Shown: in pieces, positions 1 to 16,947 of the stretch | Numbering within the stretch: the first letter of the stretch is position 1 | How the letters are laid out: each line of letters opens with the position of its first letter | DNA from: the human T2T-CHM13v2.0 reference genome, Homo sapiens | Length of the DNA: 64,000 bases | Assembly: GCF_009914755.1 (NCBI RefSeq) | Contig: NC_060925.1 | Direction: 5' to 3' (one strand) | The notes under the pieces: generated by a model | The model's database searches: none | What the model saw: the letters and a program-made list of their open reading frames with translations, nothing else | What the model was told of the DNA's origin: nothing | Translations under genes and position numbers: made by a program

Positions 1-425
1 ATACACGGAATTATGGATCAAACAGAACCAGCAAAAGCTAGAACAGTTTGGAAGTTTATCCAACTGTGTCAAAAATAAAGGATCAAGAATAACAACCGGG
101 AGGAAAAAGGCAGCTGAAATGACCTGAAGATTACTGCTGCTATCACCCACTGGCTTTGACTGAACAGCAACTAAATTCTGTAACTAATCCCAGGCAGAAC
201 ACAGCTAGATAGAACCCCAAAGCAACTGAGGGCACCTTGTAAGTCAGATAGATACCCATTTGAAATTCTGAAGTTGGTCTTGGTGCTAAATATAACTACA
301 GCCAGTCTGGCTTTCATTAATACCTTCCAGGTCATTAAGTAAGTCCCAGTTCTGATATTGCTGGCTATTTATTCAATCAACAAGATATACATATGACCTG
401 TTACTATTAGAGAACAAATTTTCTT

Positions 426-1155
<730 letters not shown>

Positions 1156-1204
1156 CTGTTTTATCTTTCTTCTATGATGCATGCCTAGGCAAATCATGAA
1201 GTGA

Positions 1205-1568
<364 letters not shown>

Positions 1569-2323
1569 TAACAACTGGGGATAATTTGGAAGGATTTTTT
1601 TTTTTAAGGATGATTAACACGACACAAAACCATGGTTAATACATATGCATCCAGCATACTTCATTACCTTCCAGTAGCCACTTCAAAGACGTAATAGAAA
1701 GCCAGGGAAGGTACAAAACAGTGAAAAGGAAGTATTCACAGAAATAAAGTGGCTTTTGACTTCAAAGAATAAGAACTCCAATCTGGAGAGAAGAAGTTAA
1801 GGATAAAATTGAATTACACGTAAAATTGTAGTAAGTTGCAGATAAAATACCACAGCCTGGCTCAATCTTATTAAAAACAATTTGAAACAAATTCTGAAAC
1901 ACTCTAACTAGGAGATAATTGGAAACTGGCGAAAGTGTTGAATCACAAAATGTTTAGTAAATGTGTGACAAAAGTCACAAGCACGAAAAAAGCAGTTTGA
2001 GAAATTAGTAAAGTCTCAAAAAGGGCATTGTTCAATTAGTGAAGGCTTACTGACAGCACACAATTTACAAAACGGAAGTTTCTGAGCTATTGAGAGGCTA
2101 TCATTAATCTTAATATCACAACAGAAAATAATTTTTGTTCTTTTTTCTGGAATACCAGTTGTTGGCCCCACCTATAGTCCCGGGCTGGAGAAACTATTAG
2201 CATAACCAGCTAGTGAGTAGTATCCCAGTTTTTCAAAGAAGCCTAATGACATTTACCTAACATGACTGCACAGAACAAGTAAAATCCAGAAGGCAGTACA
2301 CAGTGGTGTTATATATGAGTTCT

Positions 2324-2467
2324 GGGCCAGGTGCAGTGGCTCAAATCTATAATCCCAGCACTTTGGGAGGCTGAGGCAGGAGGATCGCTATGAGCCCAGG
2401 AATTCGTGCCACTGCACTCCAGCCTGGGCGACGAAGTAAGACCCCATCTCGTAAAACAAACAAAAAA
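2324..2467 (+). mobile_element. Alu monomer / internally deleted Alu
   Basis: Alu head joined to Alu tail; TSD atgagttctgg. Confidence 0.8.
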
Positions 2468-2750
2468 TGAGTTCTGGTATCAGATCTACCTGGGTTCAAT
2501 ACTAGATGGGCGACTTCTAGTTGGCACGCCTTAGACTAAAATATGTGTGTCTAGTATCCACATTTATACTTACTTTACAGGGTTAGTATGAAGTTCAGTA
2601 AGTTAACATAAGGTATTTAAGACAATGGCAGCATGCTGGAAATACTCAGTATTAGTTTGCTTTTGAATGAAATTATAACCATTTCAATGTGTTAACCTCA
2701 GTTCTCTCATGCTAGAAGTTCCAGATGGCAGTTTATGGGTCTTAGAACTC

Positions 2751-3036
2751 TTTTTGTTAAAGATAGGGTCTCGTTCTGTCATCCAGGCTGGAGTGCAGCA
2801 GCAAGTGGCACCATTATGGCTCACTGGAGCCTCAACCTCCCCAGCTCAAGTGATCCTCCCACCTCAGCTGGGACTATAGGCATGATCTACCACACCCAGC
2901 TAATTTTTGTATTTTTTGTAGAGATGGGGTTTCGCCACGTCGCCTAGGCTAGTCTCGAACTCCTGGGCTCAAGCAATCTGCCTGCATTGGCCTCACAAAG
3001 TGTGGGGATTACAGGTACGAGCCATTGCGCCTGGCT
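2751..3036 (-). mobile_element. AluJ-like
   Basis: Reverse Alu; TSD ggtcttagaactc. Confidence 0.85.
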
Positions 3037-4588
3037 GGTCTTAGAACTCCTTAAAAAAGAAAATGTTTATGGGTGAAAAATAATAAATAGAGAATGAAGA
3101 GCTGAAAAGGCTGGTTTAGCCACTAGGCTAAACTATGTATTCTTAGGAGACATGTAGTCCTGAGTTTTTTGTTTTGTTTTTAAATAGGAGCTATTATCAT
3201 CTATGTTTTCTTTCTAAAGAAATCACCTCAGCAGTCACTTCTGTCAAATGTACTAATGTTCTATAATATAAAAAATGTATATCAGACACTAGATTAACCA
3301 GTTTCATAAGTCATAGTGAGGAATGGAAAAGCTTGATTTCATCGGGAACCTTATGAGTTACAGGAAATGGATTAAACTGTTATTTTTGGTAAATCTATTC
3401 CATTTTAACCAAGCAACATCTGTATGTCTGTTTTTCTTCAGGGAGGGAGAAATGGTTCAGAAAAGTGATCATTACTTCAGTTCTGACCAAGGATTTCTCA
3501 CATGAAGCTTTAAGTTTTCAGCAATGGAAAAATATTAGGAAACCTACCTTCACCTTTGTTCCTTCAGATTCACACAATCACTCCACCTTTACATTTTAAT
3601 ATTTTCTTTAAATAAAATTTGAACTAGATAGGTGAAAATTCTTAAAAATCAAGTTACTTGATCATATCCAGTGAACATTAAGCTTAATTTTTTTTAGTCA
3701 GCTAAAAAAAAATCAGAATATACATTTTACAAACTCTTCTGCTGTCCTAATCTAAATTATATACATTATTCATGTATTGCAATTACAATCTGAATATTTT
3801 ATTAGGAGCACAGGACACCTTTCAAACTTCCAGTGGTGTTTCTGGAACATTTGGTTTGATGATTATCACTACTATTTATAAACCTTTTATTATCTCCTAC
3901 AATCTTCTCTAAATTATTTGAAGACAATGACCATAACTTACTAATTTTGTATTCCTAACTCCTGAAACAAATACCCAATGGCCATGAAATTTAGAATGAA
4001 TATCATATCAATTATCAATGTTAGGTATAAACTAGACTTAACATTTTCAATATATGGCTGACTTTGAACTAGTTATCTACATTTGATTGATGATGTTTAA
4101 GATCAATCCATTTAATGATATCCCTTCCTAAGCATTAACAGGTTGCTCGAGATGTTACTGCACTTTCTGAAAAGAAAAGTTAAATACTTTTATAATACTT
4201 CTTAAGGACAAAAGCCAGGAGGGGAATTTCTGGAAATTCCTATTATCGTATCACACTATGAAGAAATAAACTAGCAATTGTCATATAGGTCTTGCAATCC
4301 TCATTTTCAAGACAAAAAACCCCATGTTACATCAATAAAAACAAGATTAGAATTAAGAATTTCCAACAATATTGCAAGCCATGATAAAGGTTTCAACAGA
4401 ACTCAATTTGGGTTCTGTTATCTTATTAGAATTAAACATTTTTCTCAAATGTTTATTGGTAGGCAAGATCACATAAGTTATATACTGAGAATAACATGTT
4501 GAGTGTTCAGCTAGTGGAGTACTCACACTTCTTTATTCAAGGCTACATATATTTATATACACTTAAGCAATCTGCCACAGCCAGAATC

Positions 4589-4953
<365 letters not shown>

Positions 4954-4964
4954 TAAAAGATAAG

Positions 4965-5263
<299 letters not shown>

Positions 5264-5488
5264 GAGTTTTTAAAACCATCTTTCTTTCTGTATCAGAGAA
5301 GATAACATTTCCTGTAAGAATACATATGGAAAGCAGGTTCTCTACACCCACCAATTTTACGGCCCAGCATAGTGGCTTCCGTTATGTGTAATTCTGTATC
5401 TTGCATACAAATGCACACACACACTCAGGTCTGATAAGTAAACCTTTTAACAAACTCTTCTATAATGGCCTTGAAAAATATAGGACTA

Positions 5489-5806
<318 letters not shown>

Positions 5807-5947
5807 TTAGGCGATGGGATAGCTTAAAATATTTGCTTTTTGTTTTTGTTTTTTGAGATGATGTCTCACTGTATTGCCAAGGCTGGTCTCCAGGGATCCT
5901 CCTGCAATCTTTTCCAAACAAGTATTAAGTTTACCTAGGTTAAAAAC

Positions 5948-6241
5948 TTTTTTTTTTTTTGAGACAGGGTCTCACTCTGTCACCCAAGTTGGAGTACAGG
6001 GGCCTGATCGCAGCTCACTACAACCTCGACTTCCCGGCCTCAAGTGATCCTCCTACCTCAGCCTCCCAGGTCTGGGTCTACAGAGGTGTGTCACCATGCC
6101 CAGCTAGTTTTTTAAATTTTTTGTAGAGATGGGGTTTCGCCATGTTGCCCAGGACAGTCTTGAACTTCTAGGCTCAAGCAATCCTCCCACCTTGGCCTCC
6201 CAAAGTGCTGGGATTACAGGCGTGAGCTACCATGCCCAGCC
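5948..6241 (-). mobile_element. AluJ-like
   Basis: Reverse Alu consensus. Confidence 0.85.
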
Positions 6242-6504
6242 CAAAAGTGGCTTCCTAAAGACCAAAATCCAGTACGTTTTGGCTTAAATTTTTATAAATG
6301 ATGAAAAAAGAGCAAAACAAATGACAACTATCAACATAAAACAAACAAAAAAGCCTAAGTAATCCTTAATTTCAGACAAAACTATATTAAATTCTAATTA
6401 GGTTAGCTTTATTTTAGACATAAAGAGCTTTTAAGTACACATAAACTTTACCACTTAGTTCTAACCTCACATTAGGTCTTTCTAATCTAGCAGTAAAGAA
6501 TGTA

Positions 6505-6745
6505 CACTTTAAGTCAGGCAGAAGAGGGTTTGAATCCTGGCCTTGCCACTTCATAGACAGGTGGTCAATAGCCACAAATATGAAATTACCTAATCTCAAT
6601 CTTTGAGTTCCTTATATGTAAAGTAGGTAGGAAAAATACCACCTACCTTGCAGGGTTGTAAACTACATGATATACACAGAATATAAAATGCCTCCTTAGT
6701 ACAGAGCATGGTACATAGCACTTACACCATAGTAGGTGTTATTAA
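6505..6745. mobile_element. MIR-like SINE relic
   Basis: gggtttgaatcctggccttgccact...ctacctaccttgcagggttgt resembles the MIR core. Confidence 0.55.
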
Positions 6746-6969
6746 TCTATCATTTTAAAAAAAGCTCACCATGAAAAAAGAAACAGCAGAATGTTTTCCA
6801 CCCATACTTCATCTACACTATTTTTATTTTTCAAGATAAAATTCTAGAGTGAAAATCAGACTTTAAAAAAAAATCACTGTTTTCAGGGATCACCGTCTAG
6901 CTCCTAACTTTATATAAAGATGGATACATTTGTCGTCTCTATTCTTCATGAGAATTTCCCAGCTGTTGA

Positions 6970-7281
<312 letters not shown>

Positions 7282-7295
7282 GAAAGTTGTTTTTA

Positions 7296-7910
<615 letters not shown>

Positions 7911-7971
7911 GTCACCTTTAACAATTTTCTTCATTAGTCTGCTTTCACTTACTACCCAAGATTTACTTTGA

Positions 7972-8228
<257 letters not shown>

Positions 8229-8691
8229 CAAGATTTACTTTGAACTAGTTAGTGAAAACCTTCCTGGGGAGACAAAGTTACAGATTCCAAAAATAAAACC
8301 ACATAGGCATTTTTAGTAACCTATCAATCCTTCCTTTCTGAGCTTTATTTTTTCTATAACTCATGTAACTGTTTTCAGATCTAATTCCTAAATAAACATG
8401 CCATGACATTTTCTCAGCATCCTGATCTTTTCTGCATATGCCTTCCCATTATTTTCTAGCAATTCCTTGAAACTATTAAAGCCTGTTTTTCTAAATTCAT
8501 TTCATTTTTTTGCAGACAATGTTCCTAATCTTTCCTTGGGGTCCCAAACACTATTAAACATTTGTGGCAACATTTATCATAGTTTTAAATCTCAGACCAA
8601 CTACATCCAGGCAAATCACTGCAAACATCTGTTGTTATCTTTTCTACTAAGATCATTCTCCAAAATCCCCCAAAATGTGGGATAATCTGTA

Positions 8692-8845
8692 ACTCTGCTA
8701 CTGAAAGTGTAGTCAGGAACACTGGCATCACCTATGAGCTTGTCAGAAATGCAGACTCTTGCCCATCTCAGATTTAATGAGTCAGAATCTGCATCTTAAT
8801 CAAAATCCCCAGAAATTCCTACCCACTTCAAGTTTGAGCAGCATT
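8692..8845. mobile_element. MER5-family hAT-Charlie DNA transposon relic
   Basis: gcatcacc...cttgtcagaaatgcagactc...cagaatctgcat...aagtttgag resembles the MER5A/MER5A1 consensus. Confidence 0.6.
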
Positions 8846-9428
8846 TTTGAATGATGAATTCTGACCTAGACAGCTTAACTAGAAAATTTAAATAATCACC
8901 AGAAATTCCTTAAAAATCATTTGATATGTCCAAGAAATGGTCTTTCATCTTTTCTTTCACATTTAGGAAAGTAAAATAGAAATGACATTACAACTAATGA
9001 AGACATCCATATTACTACTCATCAATTAAAAGGAAGTTTCAATAAAAATATTTATTGTTGGTTGTATTTAGATCAAATCGTTTTCCATACCAACTCTATA
9101 CAGATTATATTTAAATATGACTAATTTGGTAAGGTTCTATTTCTTAACAGGAAGCATGGAAAAATTTCAAAATGACAAGCCAATGCTAAACATGTACCAC
9201 TTAACCAAAAATATTTAGTTATACGACAGCTAGCTAGAACACCCAAGTCCTTCTGACCAAGCCAATTCAGGTACTTGAACAACAGCCAAATAAATAAGCA
9301 CCATTCTAATCAATAGGTTCAAATGAAAACAGAATGTTTTGATAATATTTTGAGTATAACACATAACACACAAAATTTTCAAAAGTGATTTAGCTGATAA
9401 AAATAGTGGCCTTTTAAAACGTATTAAT

Positions 9429-9794
<366 letters not shown>

Positions 9795-10069
9795 TTAAAG
9801 GATTCCTAACTGAAGTACAGAATAATCTCCCAAGAACACGCGTACAGGAATGTTTCCAAATTCTATTAAACAGTATTGAGATCTGCAATAACGCAGTATT
9901 TTTGTAACTAAGGAAATATTACCCCTTAACATACTTAAAAACTGAGCTCCTTTTCTCACCACCGTTACCATACTTGACAATACTGATTCTCACCTTTACC
10001 CCATGGGAAAGAATCTTAAAATGATCAAACTCCTTGTTATTTTAAAAGGCATGACTAAACTGTGTCTAA

Positions 10070-10381
<312 letters not shown>

Positions 10382-10899
10382 CCTCCTGCCTCTTAACAAA
10401 TAGACATCTAGGCCTAAAAGTCACCATTTGGAATTTTAAGTAAACAGCTGAATAAAACACTACTCTTGCTTATGAGCTAGAGGAAATGTCTACACATGGT
10501 CTTGATTTTGGTCACAACTTTCAATTACAAGGAAATAGAAATTTAATTTCTTTTCATAGCTATAGACAGAAGATATCTCCCTAGGTGAATATAATATACT
10601 CCACAGGAAAATACCTAACAAAATCTTGTTATTTCTAAAACTAAACTAAATAAATTCGGGGCTTTTGGTACAGCTAAAGCTTAAGCAACCCTTTATTTTT
10701 GGAAGAAATACATCGCAAATCAGTGAGCTGCCCCACCTTTCATTCCACCTCCCATTCTGCAAACATCTAAAGATGCCCAAGTTTAGATATTTCTGCTGTT
10801 AGAACATTCCTTCCTGTTTCAGTGAGTGATCTTTTGATCTTGGAACAAAAAGAACATAACAAAACAAGAACAGTAAATTCTGGAAAACACTAACCAAAA

Positions 10900-11242
10900 G
10901 GAAGTATACTGTTTACTCTTTATTACCTTGAAACAATAGGGTATTCACTTTTTCTTCCCCGTAACTCAGTTTAACAGTCTTCATTTGAAAGAAACAAGGC
11001 AGAATACATTACTAGTCCTTCTTAATGCTTTCTTACTCAATTTGTTTATAGACTATTAGGTCCCAATCATCTTCCTTTTAAATATTTTTTGCTATTAATG
11101 GCACTGATTACAGAGGAATCACACATTACTTCAAGTGAATTTCCATTCTGAGTTGCAGAACTTCTATGTTTTTGACTGGTGAGAAACGAAGTACACCCTC
11201 AAGAAAAATAAGTCATAAGAAAAACCACTGTATTAGGGCTAC
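10900..11242 (-). other. Candidate spliced alternative terminal exon downstream of the distal poly(A) site
   Basis: Acceptor tttcctcttctcttgcag|G (AG 11244-11243). AATAAA at 10924-10919 followed by a U/GU-rich downstream element. Confidence 0.55.
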
Positions 11243-11774
11243 CTGCAAGAGAAGAGGAAATCTTATAAAATTAAGACACAAAGAGAGAACTCTTTATACA
11301 GTACTTCCTGTAAATTGGCAGTATCTCCCGATGATGCATCCAAACTGTCCAACAAAGCTTTCCTCAAATAATCCCCTCACCACTTCTCCTTCACTTGTGG
11401 CATGTCACATCGAGGGCACAAGGGCACTGGGGCAATAAAAAGCCTACTGAAAGCACTGTACAAGTGTTTACGTTTGCCCACCTCTGTAGATTCTCTAGGA
11501 TCATTTCCAAAATGCCACAATTTCCTCACAAAAACGCTATTGGCAGCCTGTTATGCCACAGCCAATATTCCTATCTGCCACCTGTAGATCTAGTTCTAAC
11601 CTCAGTCAAGCTTCCTGGCAATTTAATAAATCTCTGGGGAGTTCAGCCTTTTCATTTTTACTATCCTACTCCTTCACTACCTTCCTTAGAACAGGTACAG
11701 TATCTAGTACTAAATTTGAAGACAGAAACTCCATTTAACTACAAAAGCCTAAATCACATAACTACTAAATCTGT

Positions 11775-11923
11775 TTTGCACAATCAAACCCATCACACCC
11801 CACCCAAAATCACCAACACAACATTTTGAACATGTTAAATTTTATTAAAAATATTTAACATCGTACAAATATTCCAATACAGTTATGGTACATGAACACT
11901 GTACCAAAAGCATGATTTTTATT
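11775..11923 (-). terminator. Distal poly(A) site: AATAAA 11846-11841 (second copy 11923-11918), upstream UGUA x3, GU-rich downstream element
   Basis: TGTA at ~11864, 11878 and 11889. Downstream tgtgttggtgattttgggtggggtgtg on the minus strand. Confidence 0.8.
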
Positions 11924-13547
11924 AAACTGATGATTAAATGGAAAAGGTCTTGCAAATGTCCCTATTTTGGTATTTCTTATGTTACTATATCCATATCAGC
12001 AATTTATGTTTGCAGGAGCCTTCAGTCCAATTATAGAAATAGTCTTAGAACATAGTACCTAACATTATAATGGGATTCACTAAGTACAAGTCTACCTACA
12101 TTATCGAAGAGGCTAGAGAAGTCCCTTTTGCCCAACCCTCATATGTGAGAAATCAAGAAAAGCAATGTTCATGGGATCCTGACAAATCTACTATATAAAG
12201 TGAGAGCCCTTATTTAAATTTGAGCAATTTAAGTTTTTCCCCAGAATGTCTCCTTTGTTGGTTCCACAAAATGTATTTTGTTTTTAGTGTTTAAAGTCAA
12301 CAAACTGGCATTGCATTTTCCTTAACTTACATAAACTCATCAGAATTACATGAATATTCCTACTGCTTACCTTAAAACTTCCTAAGGAGCATGCTATTTA
12401 GTGCTAAGTTTTATACCCTGATCCTTTCTGTCACTGACACATGCATAAAATGTTACCTTAACACAACCCTGCAATCACTACAATTCTTAAAAGTATTACA
12501 TAATTTCATTCTAGTGTTGTACAACTAGTCTATAGCAAACTTACAAGTAAGGGTTTATATTCATGACACTGACTAGCACATTTAACATCTAGGAAAGTCT
12601 TTCTAGACTGATATTCTCAACCAATAAAGAAGATACAGTGCTGTAAGAATACTGAGAAGGTTCTTCAGGCATGAAAATCCATAATTACTTTTAATCAGTG
12701 TTTATACCATATTACAATTATTTTTTATATGGTATGGTCAGAAATGCCTAGTTACTAAATTTAATTTCAATCTATACCTTACCATCATGGAATCCCCTAC
12801 AAACTATAAGATGAGGGATTTTAATCTTTAGCAATAATTTAAATATTGACTCTTAATTCTACCAATATCTGCTAATCCTATCAGCTACCCTAGCTTTCAC
12901 ACAAAACACAAGTTGTTCATAGGTTTATGTTTCTGCTATGTTCAAGGTCTTAATATTTCAGCTATGTAATTTCCTCTTGACCCAAAGTCATTGTCTCAAC
13001 ATATCTCTAAATTGAGGCCATTATTGTCAAACTGCTAAAACTTTTTAAAGTTTCATTTTACAGTGTTAAGATTACTTTGGAAGATTTTTAAAAATAGTAT
13101 CTTTGGTGTTTAAGCCCTCCATTCTATCAATGTCTTCTTGTTTTCACTAAAATTAGTGTGCAATAAATATCTCTTTAAGATGCATTATATGTTAATCTAT
13201 CCAACAAAATATAGAAAATATAATACTAGACTGAAATGACAGTTAAAGCAAATTTATTGTCTCTCCAACAGACTTTTTAAGATTATAAGGTGTCTATTTT
13301 GCTCACTTAAAATATACCCTGAGTATTTCATTACTTCATACTTGCAGGCCTTTCCTGCTGATCTGCTACCAATTTAAAAGTAAGTGAAGTGTTATTATAT
13401 GTTCCTATTAAGAACAAAATAATTTAATATTAAAGTCCTATTTTTCTACAAGGCTGACATAATTGCCCACTTATAGGATATGGGCATTCTCCCACACTTA
13501 ATGCCCCACTACTGATAAAAAAAAAAATAGGAAAAAAAAGTTCTTAC

Positions 13548-13708
13548 CAACAATTCCACTGGTTATCGTCCCCAGCGAACCCCACCTAGCAAGTCGACAT
13601 CATGACATGTCAGGTCAGGGCAGCCTCAACCTCGCTTCCCTGATAGTCAGGTGATAAAAGGAAGGAGTTAAAACAGGAAAAGTACACTTGCAGATTTCTG
13701 GATAACAT
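13548..13708 (-). other. Candidate 3'UTR cassette exon (acceptors at 13708 and 13639; donor TTG|GTAAGA)
   Basis: Two pyrimidine-rich acceptors (ttttttaatcattttcag|ATG; ccttttatcacctgactatcag|GGA), a consensus donor, and local CpG retention in an AT-rich UTR. Confidence 0.6.
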
Positions 13709-13721
13709 CTGAAAATGATTA

Positions 13722-13756
13722 AAAAAACAAAAAAACAAAACAAAACAAAACAAAAC
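13722..13756 (-). repeat. (TTTTG)n / U-rich tract upstream of the 3'UTR cassette acceptor
   Basis: aaaaaaacaaaaaaacaaaacaaaacaaaacaaaac on +. Confidence 0.8.
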
Positions 13757-16700
13757 CAGAGCTTCTGGTAACCTCTAAATAAAAAAGTATATATATGTAC
13801 TTTTATTTAAAGAAAAAAAACTTTTCTAGAAGGATTAACAATAATTAACTTCAAATTAAATATTATTAAATTGCTGACCAATACATTGTATATGCAATAT
13901 TTTTAAAGCTTGGTGTTTGCATTTGAAAATTAAGACCTAATCAACAAACTTCTAATATAAAAGTAAACATGTCTGGCTAATGGATTTGTTATTCTGGATT
14001 CTCCAGTCAGTCATCCAATCTACTGGTTTCCTCAGAACAACTCCACCCCTAAGTTAACAGAAGCTCCCATTCTTAGAGAAACATAAACACACTTATAAAT
14101 CCAGTGTAGTCTTTCTATAAGGCTTTTTCTTAGTTGCTCACTTAAGAGATTCCACATAATAATTGTCCACATAATAATGGACTACACTAATATTAACTTT
14201 GGTTAGTTTTCTTTAAGAATATTGGTAGCTCAGTATAATAAAATTATCTTTGAAAAATCAAAATGACAAGTTTTAACATATTTAGAAGCCTTGATAATTG
14301 ACAAGCAATAGCCTTATAGCAAGTATTTACTGGAAGGGTTTGGTTTTACAAATGCACAATTAATAAAACGTAGGTATGATTATATTCAAATGGGCAGGAG
14401 GCAAATGATGTAATGAGTTTCAAGAATAATATTATATGGCTTTATGCTAGGAGTGAAATTTTATGTCCCTTCTCTTTTAGAATTTAAAATATATAATTTA
14501 TTTTTTTGCATGCTGACCTTTTTAAAAAGAATTCATCTCCTAAGTCAGATTTCAAAGTCAAAAGAGAGAAAAATTATCTCCTACTATCAGAAAGCATTGG
14601 GCTTTCTTATGCAGAATAACCCCAGTAACTAAAAAAACCTGAAAAACAATTATGCTGAACTCATTTTAAAAAAACTACAGAATCATAACTCATTTTCCTT
14701 ATCTTTTCACCAAATAAACCTGCATTTATTAGAAATCTGGCAACTTATTAGAACTTTTTTGCTCTTAAAAATTAAAATACCTTCATATAAATACATACAT
14801 TTAAGCAACTGCTATAAATGAGTGATCAAATAAAAATTAGTATTCCATTATGGGGAGGGGCATATTTGTATCGGTCTCACCAGGGTACCTACAAAGAATA
14901 GCTCTATACCTCAATATATTTCCCAACACACACTTTACTGTAACAGGCTCATAAATAAAGCCAAATCAATTAGCTTGGGGAACAAAAAAGATGGAAAGAC
15001 AGGAGAGCAGGAAACCAAATTCCTTACACTCATAATTTGTACCTAATTTAAAAAAAAAAAATGCCAATCTAGAATAAAGACCTCCCTCAACTGACATTTT
15101 TCAGGTTTATATATTACACTGTTAGATTTATTTATGTGAAAAGTTGAGCTCTGAATCTATTTTCTCTGAATGCTGCTACAGTGTTAATTTACAAGACATG
15201 AAAGAAGAAAAGCTCTTGAGTTTTAATGTTTATAGGATTATGCTTTACAATTTAAAATAGCCACAAAACCTATAAACCAAATATTAGAGGGTACCTCTGC
15301 AAATATATTTTTAATTAGTGAAAAGGACAGAGGAGGAGGTGGCCACTTTAAAATTCAAAATATAATTTGCAATTAAAGGAAAGGATTTTGACATGGAACC
15401 CAAGTTTTAATCTTATGTTTTTGCGAGGGTTTGTTTTCTCAGAATCATTTCTATCCCCATTCTTAGCATTCTTTATGACAACTTTGTAGCTTGTAACACC
15501 TAATTAAGAAATACAAACAACTCAAATTTTATTTGTAGATTTTGTTCTTTCCAGGAAAAAAATCAGGGTTTTACTTAAGTCTAATTAGATGTATAGTTAC
15601 AACTTCAAATTGTACTTTCAAAGTTTAAAAGCAGCATTTAAAGAATGTTTGGTGTCTTTACTTGCATACATGGGCATAAGAAAAACAACTGGATCTGTCT
15701 TACCAAAGAAATACCCATGTTAACTCAAAACTATCATACAACAGACCATAATTCCTTTATCAGTTTCCAAAAAACTAAAATATCAATAAGGTCTGTTAAA
15801 TGACTATACTGTGTAATGAGTGTACTTTGAAAAAGAAATGAAATATATTGACTTTCATCAGTAAATAGTAATCTTAAATTGAAATGAAAAGAAGCCATGA
15901 AACCCAATATGATCTAGCCAAGATTACACGGAATTAAGTGGCTTATGATTTTGAAATCTAATATTCCTATCACAAAGACACCAAACAGGAACAAAACACA
16001 GAATAATGGTGTATCCATTTTAATTATTCCCCAATGGCTTCTGATATTTTTATCATTATAAAAACATTTGAGAACCACGTAAGAATAAGATGGAGGGGAA
16101 AACTTAATAGTAATTTGAAAGTGATTCACTTTTCTGTACCGTAAAGCTTAGATTCTTTTGTTCCTCTCATTCTCAAGCAAAAAAGTCATTAGAATAAATC
16201 AGAATTTCTAAAGGAAATAGGGAAATAGATGTTATGTCTTGGCCAACAAAAAATTTGGGCATCAGGGATAGCAGATAAATAAAAATAAACGAAGTGTTAA
16301 CAGAAAGTCAAAGGTATTACTACTGGATATTTTTAAGCCTCTCTTACAAGGCATGAATGTTTCTCAAAGCAAATTTACATAGTAATAGGAAATTATATTC
16401 CTAAACCAGTAACTGAAATGGTAGTCACGATCATTTTCACTAAAACTAAAGTCCGCAGTGCAATTGACGCCACAGTACTAACAATTTTCCCTGTATGTAC
16501 ATTCACTTATCCAGCAAATAAGGTCTTCAGTCACAAATTATCCCTTATAAAGAATGTGGGTCAAAATAAATTGCAGTCTGCTTTCCCAGCCACATTTTAT
16601 TTGTTTTAATGCAAATTATCCAATGCCTGCAAGAATGCTCAAAAGTCTATGAACCTGTTTTTTTTTTTTAATAAAAGATAAAATTTCAAAATTAGAAGAG

Positions 16701-16941
16701 ACTATGAGAGAACACCAATCAATGAAAGTGCTAATTGGAATAAATACTTGAATTTAGACTAATCCTCAGTCTAATATCCACAACACATGTTGGAATAAAC
16801 AAGAAATTTTGCATGAATTTGATCACTCACATAGGCAGTTATACTTTGAAAACAATATTCCTTGCAAGGATTACGAATAAAATAATGTTTTAGGACACAA
16901 TTGAATTTGAAATAGGTAATGTTTTGAATAGATTTTTTAGT

Positions 16942-16947
16942 TTTATT
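16942..16947 (-). terminator. Proximal poly(A) signal AATAAA (~650-nt UTR)
   Basis: TTTATT on + strand. Further AATAAA copies at 17203-17208 and 16596-16601. Confidence 0.7.

Noticed and set aside
9040-9057. Bidirectional poly(A)-signal inverted repeat CAATAAAAATATTTATTG
   Set aside because: No convergent transcript is evident in the window; AT-rich chance.
11166-11829. 144-aa and 90-aa + strand ORFs near the distal poly(A) site
   Set aside because: Unrecognisable composition, antisense to the gene end, no supporting splice or promoter signal.
12365-12790. Additional donor-like motifs in the long UTR (AAG|GTAAGC at 12371, ATG|GTAAGG ~12783)
   Set aside because: No convincing paired acceptor; such motifs occur by chance in AT-rich DNA, though they may still act as U1 sites.
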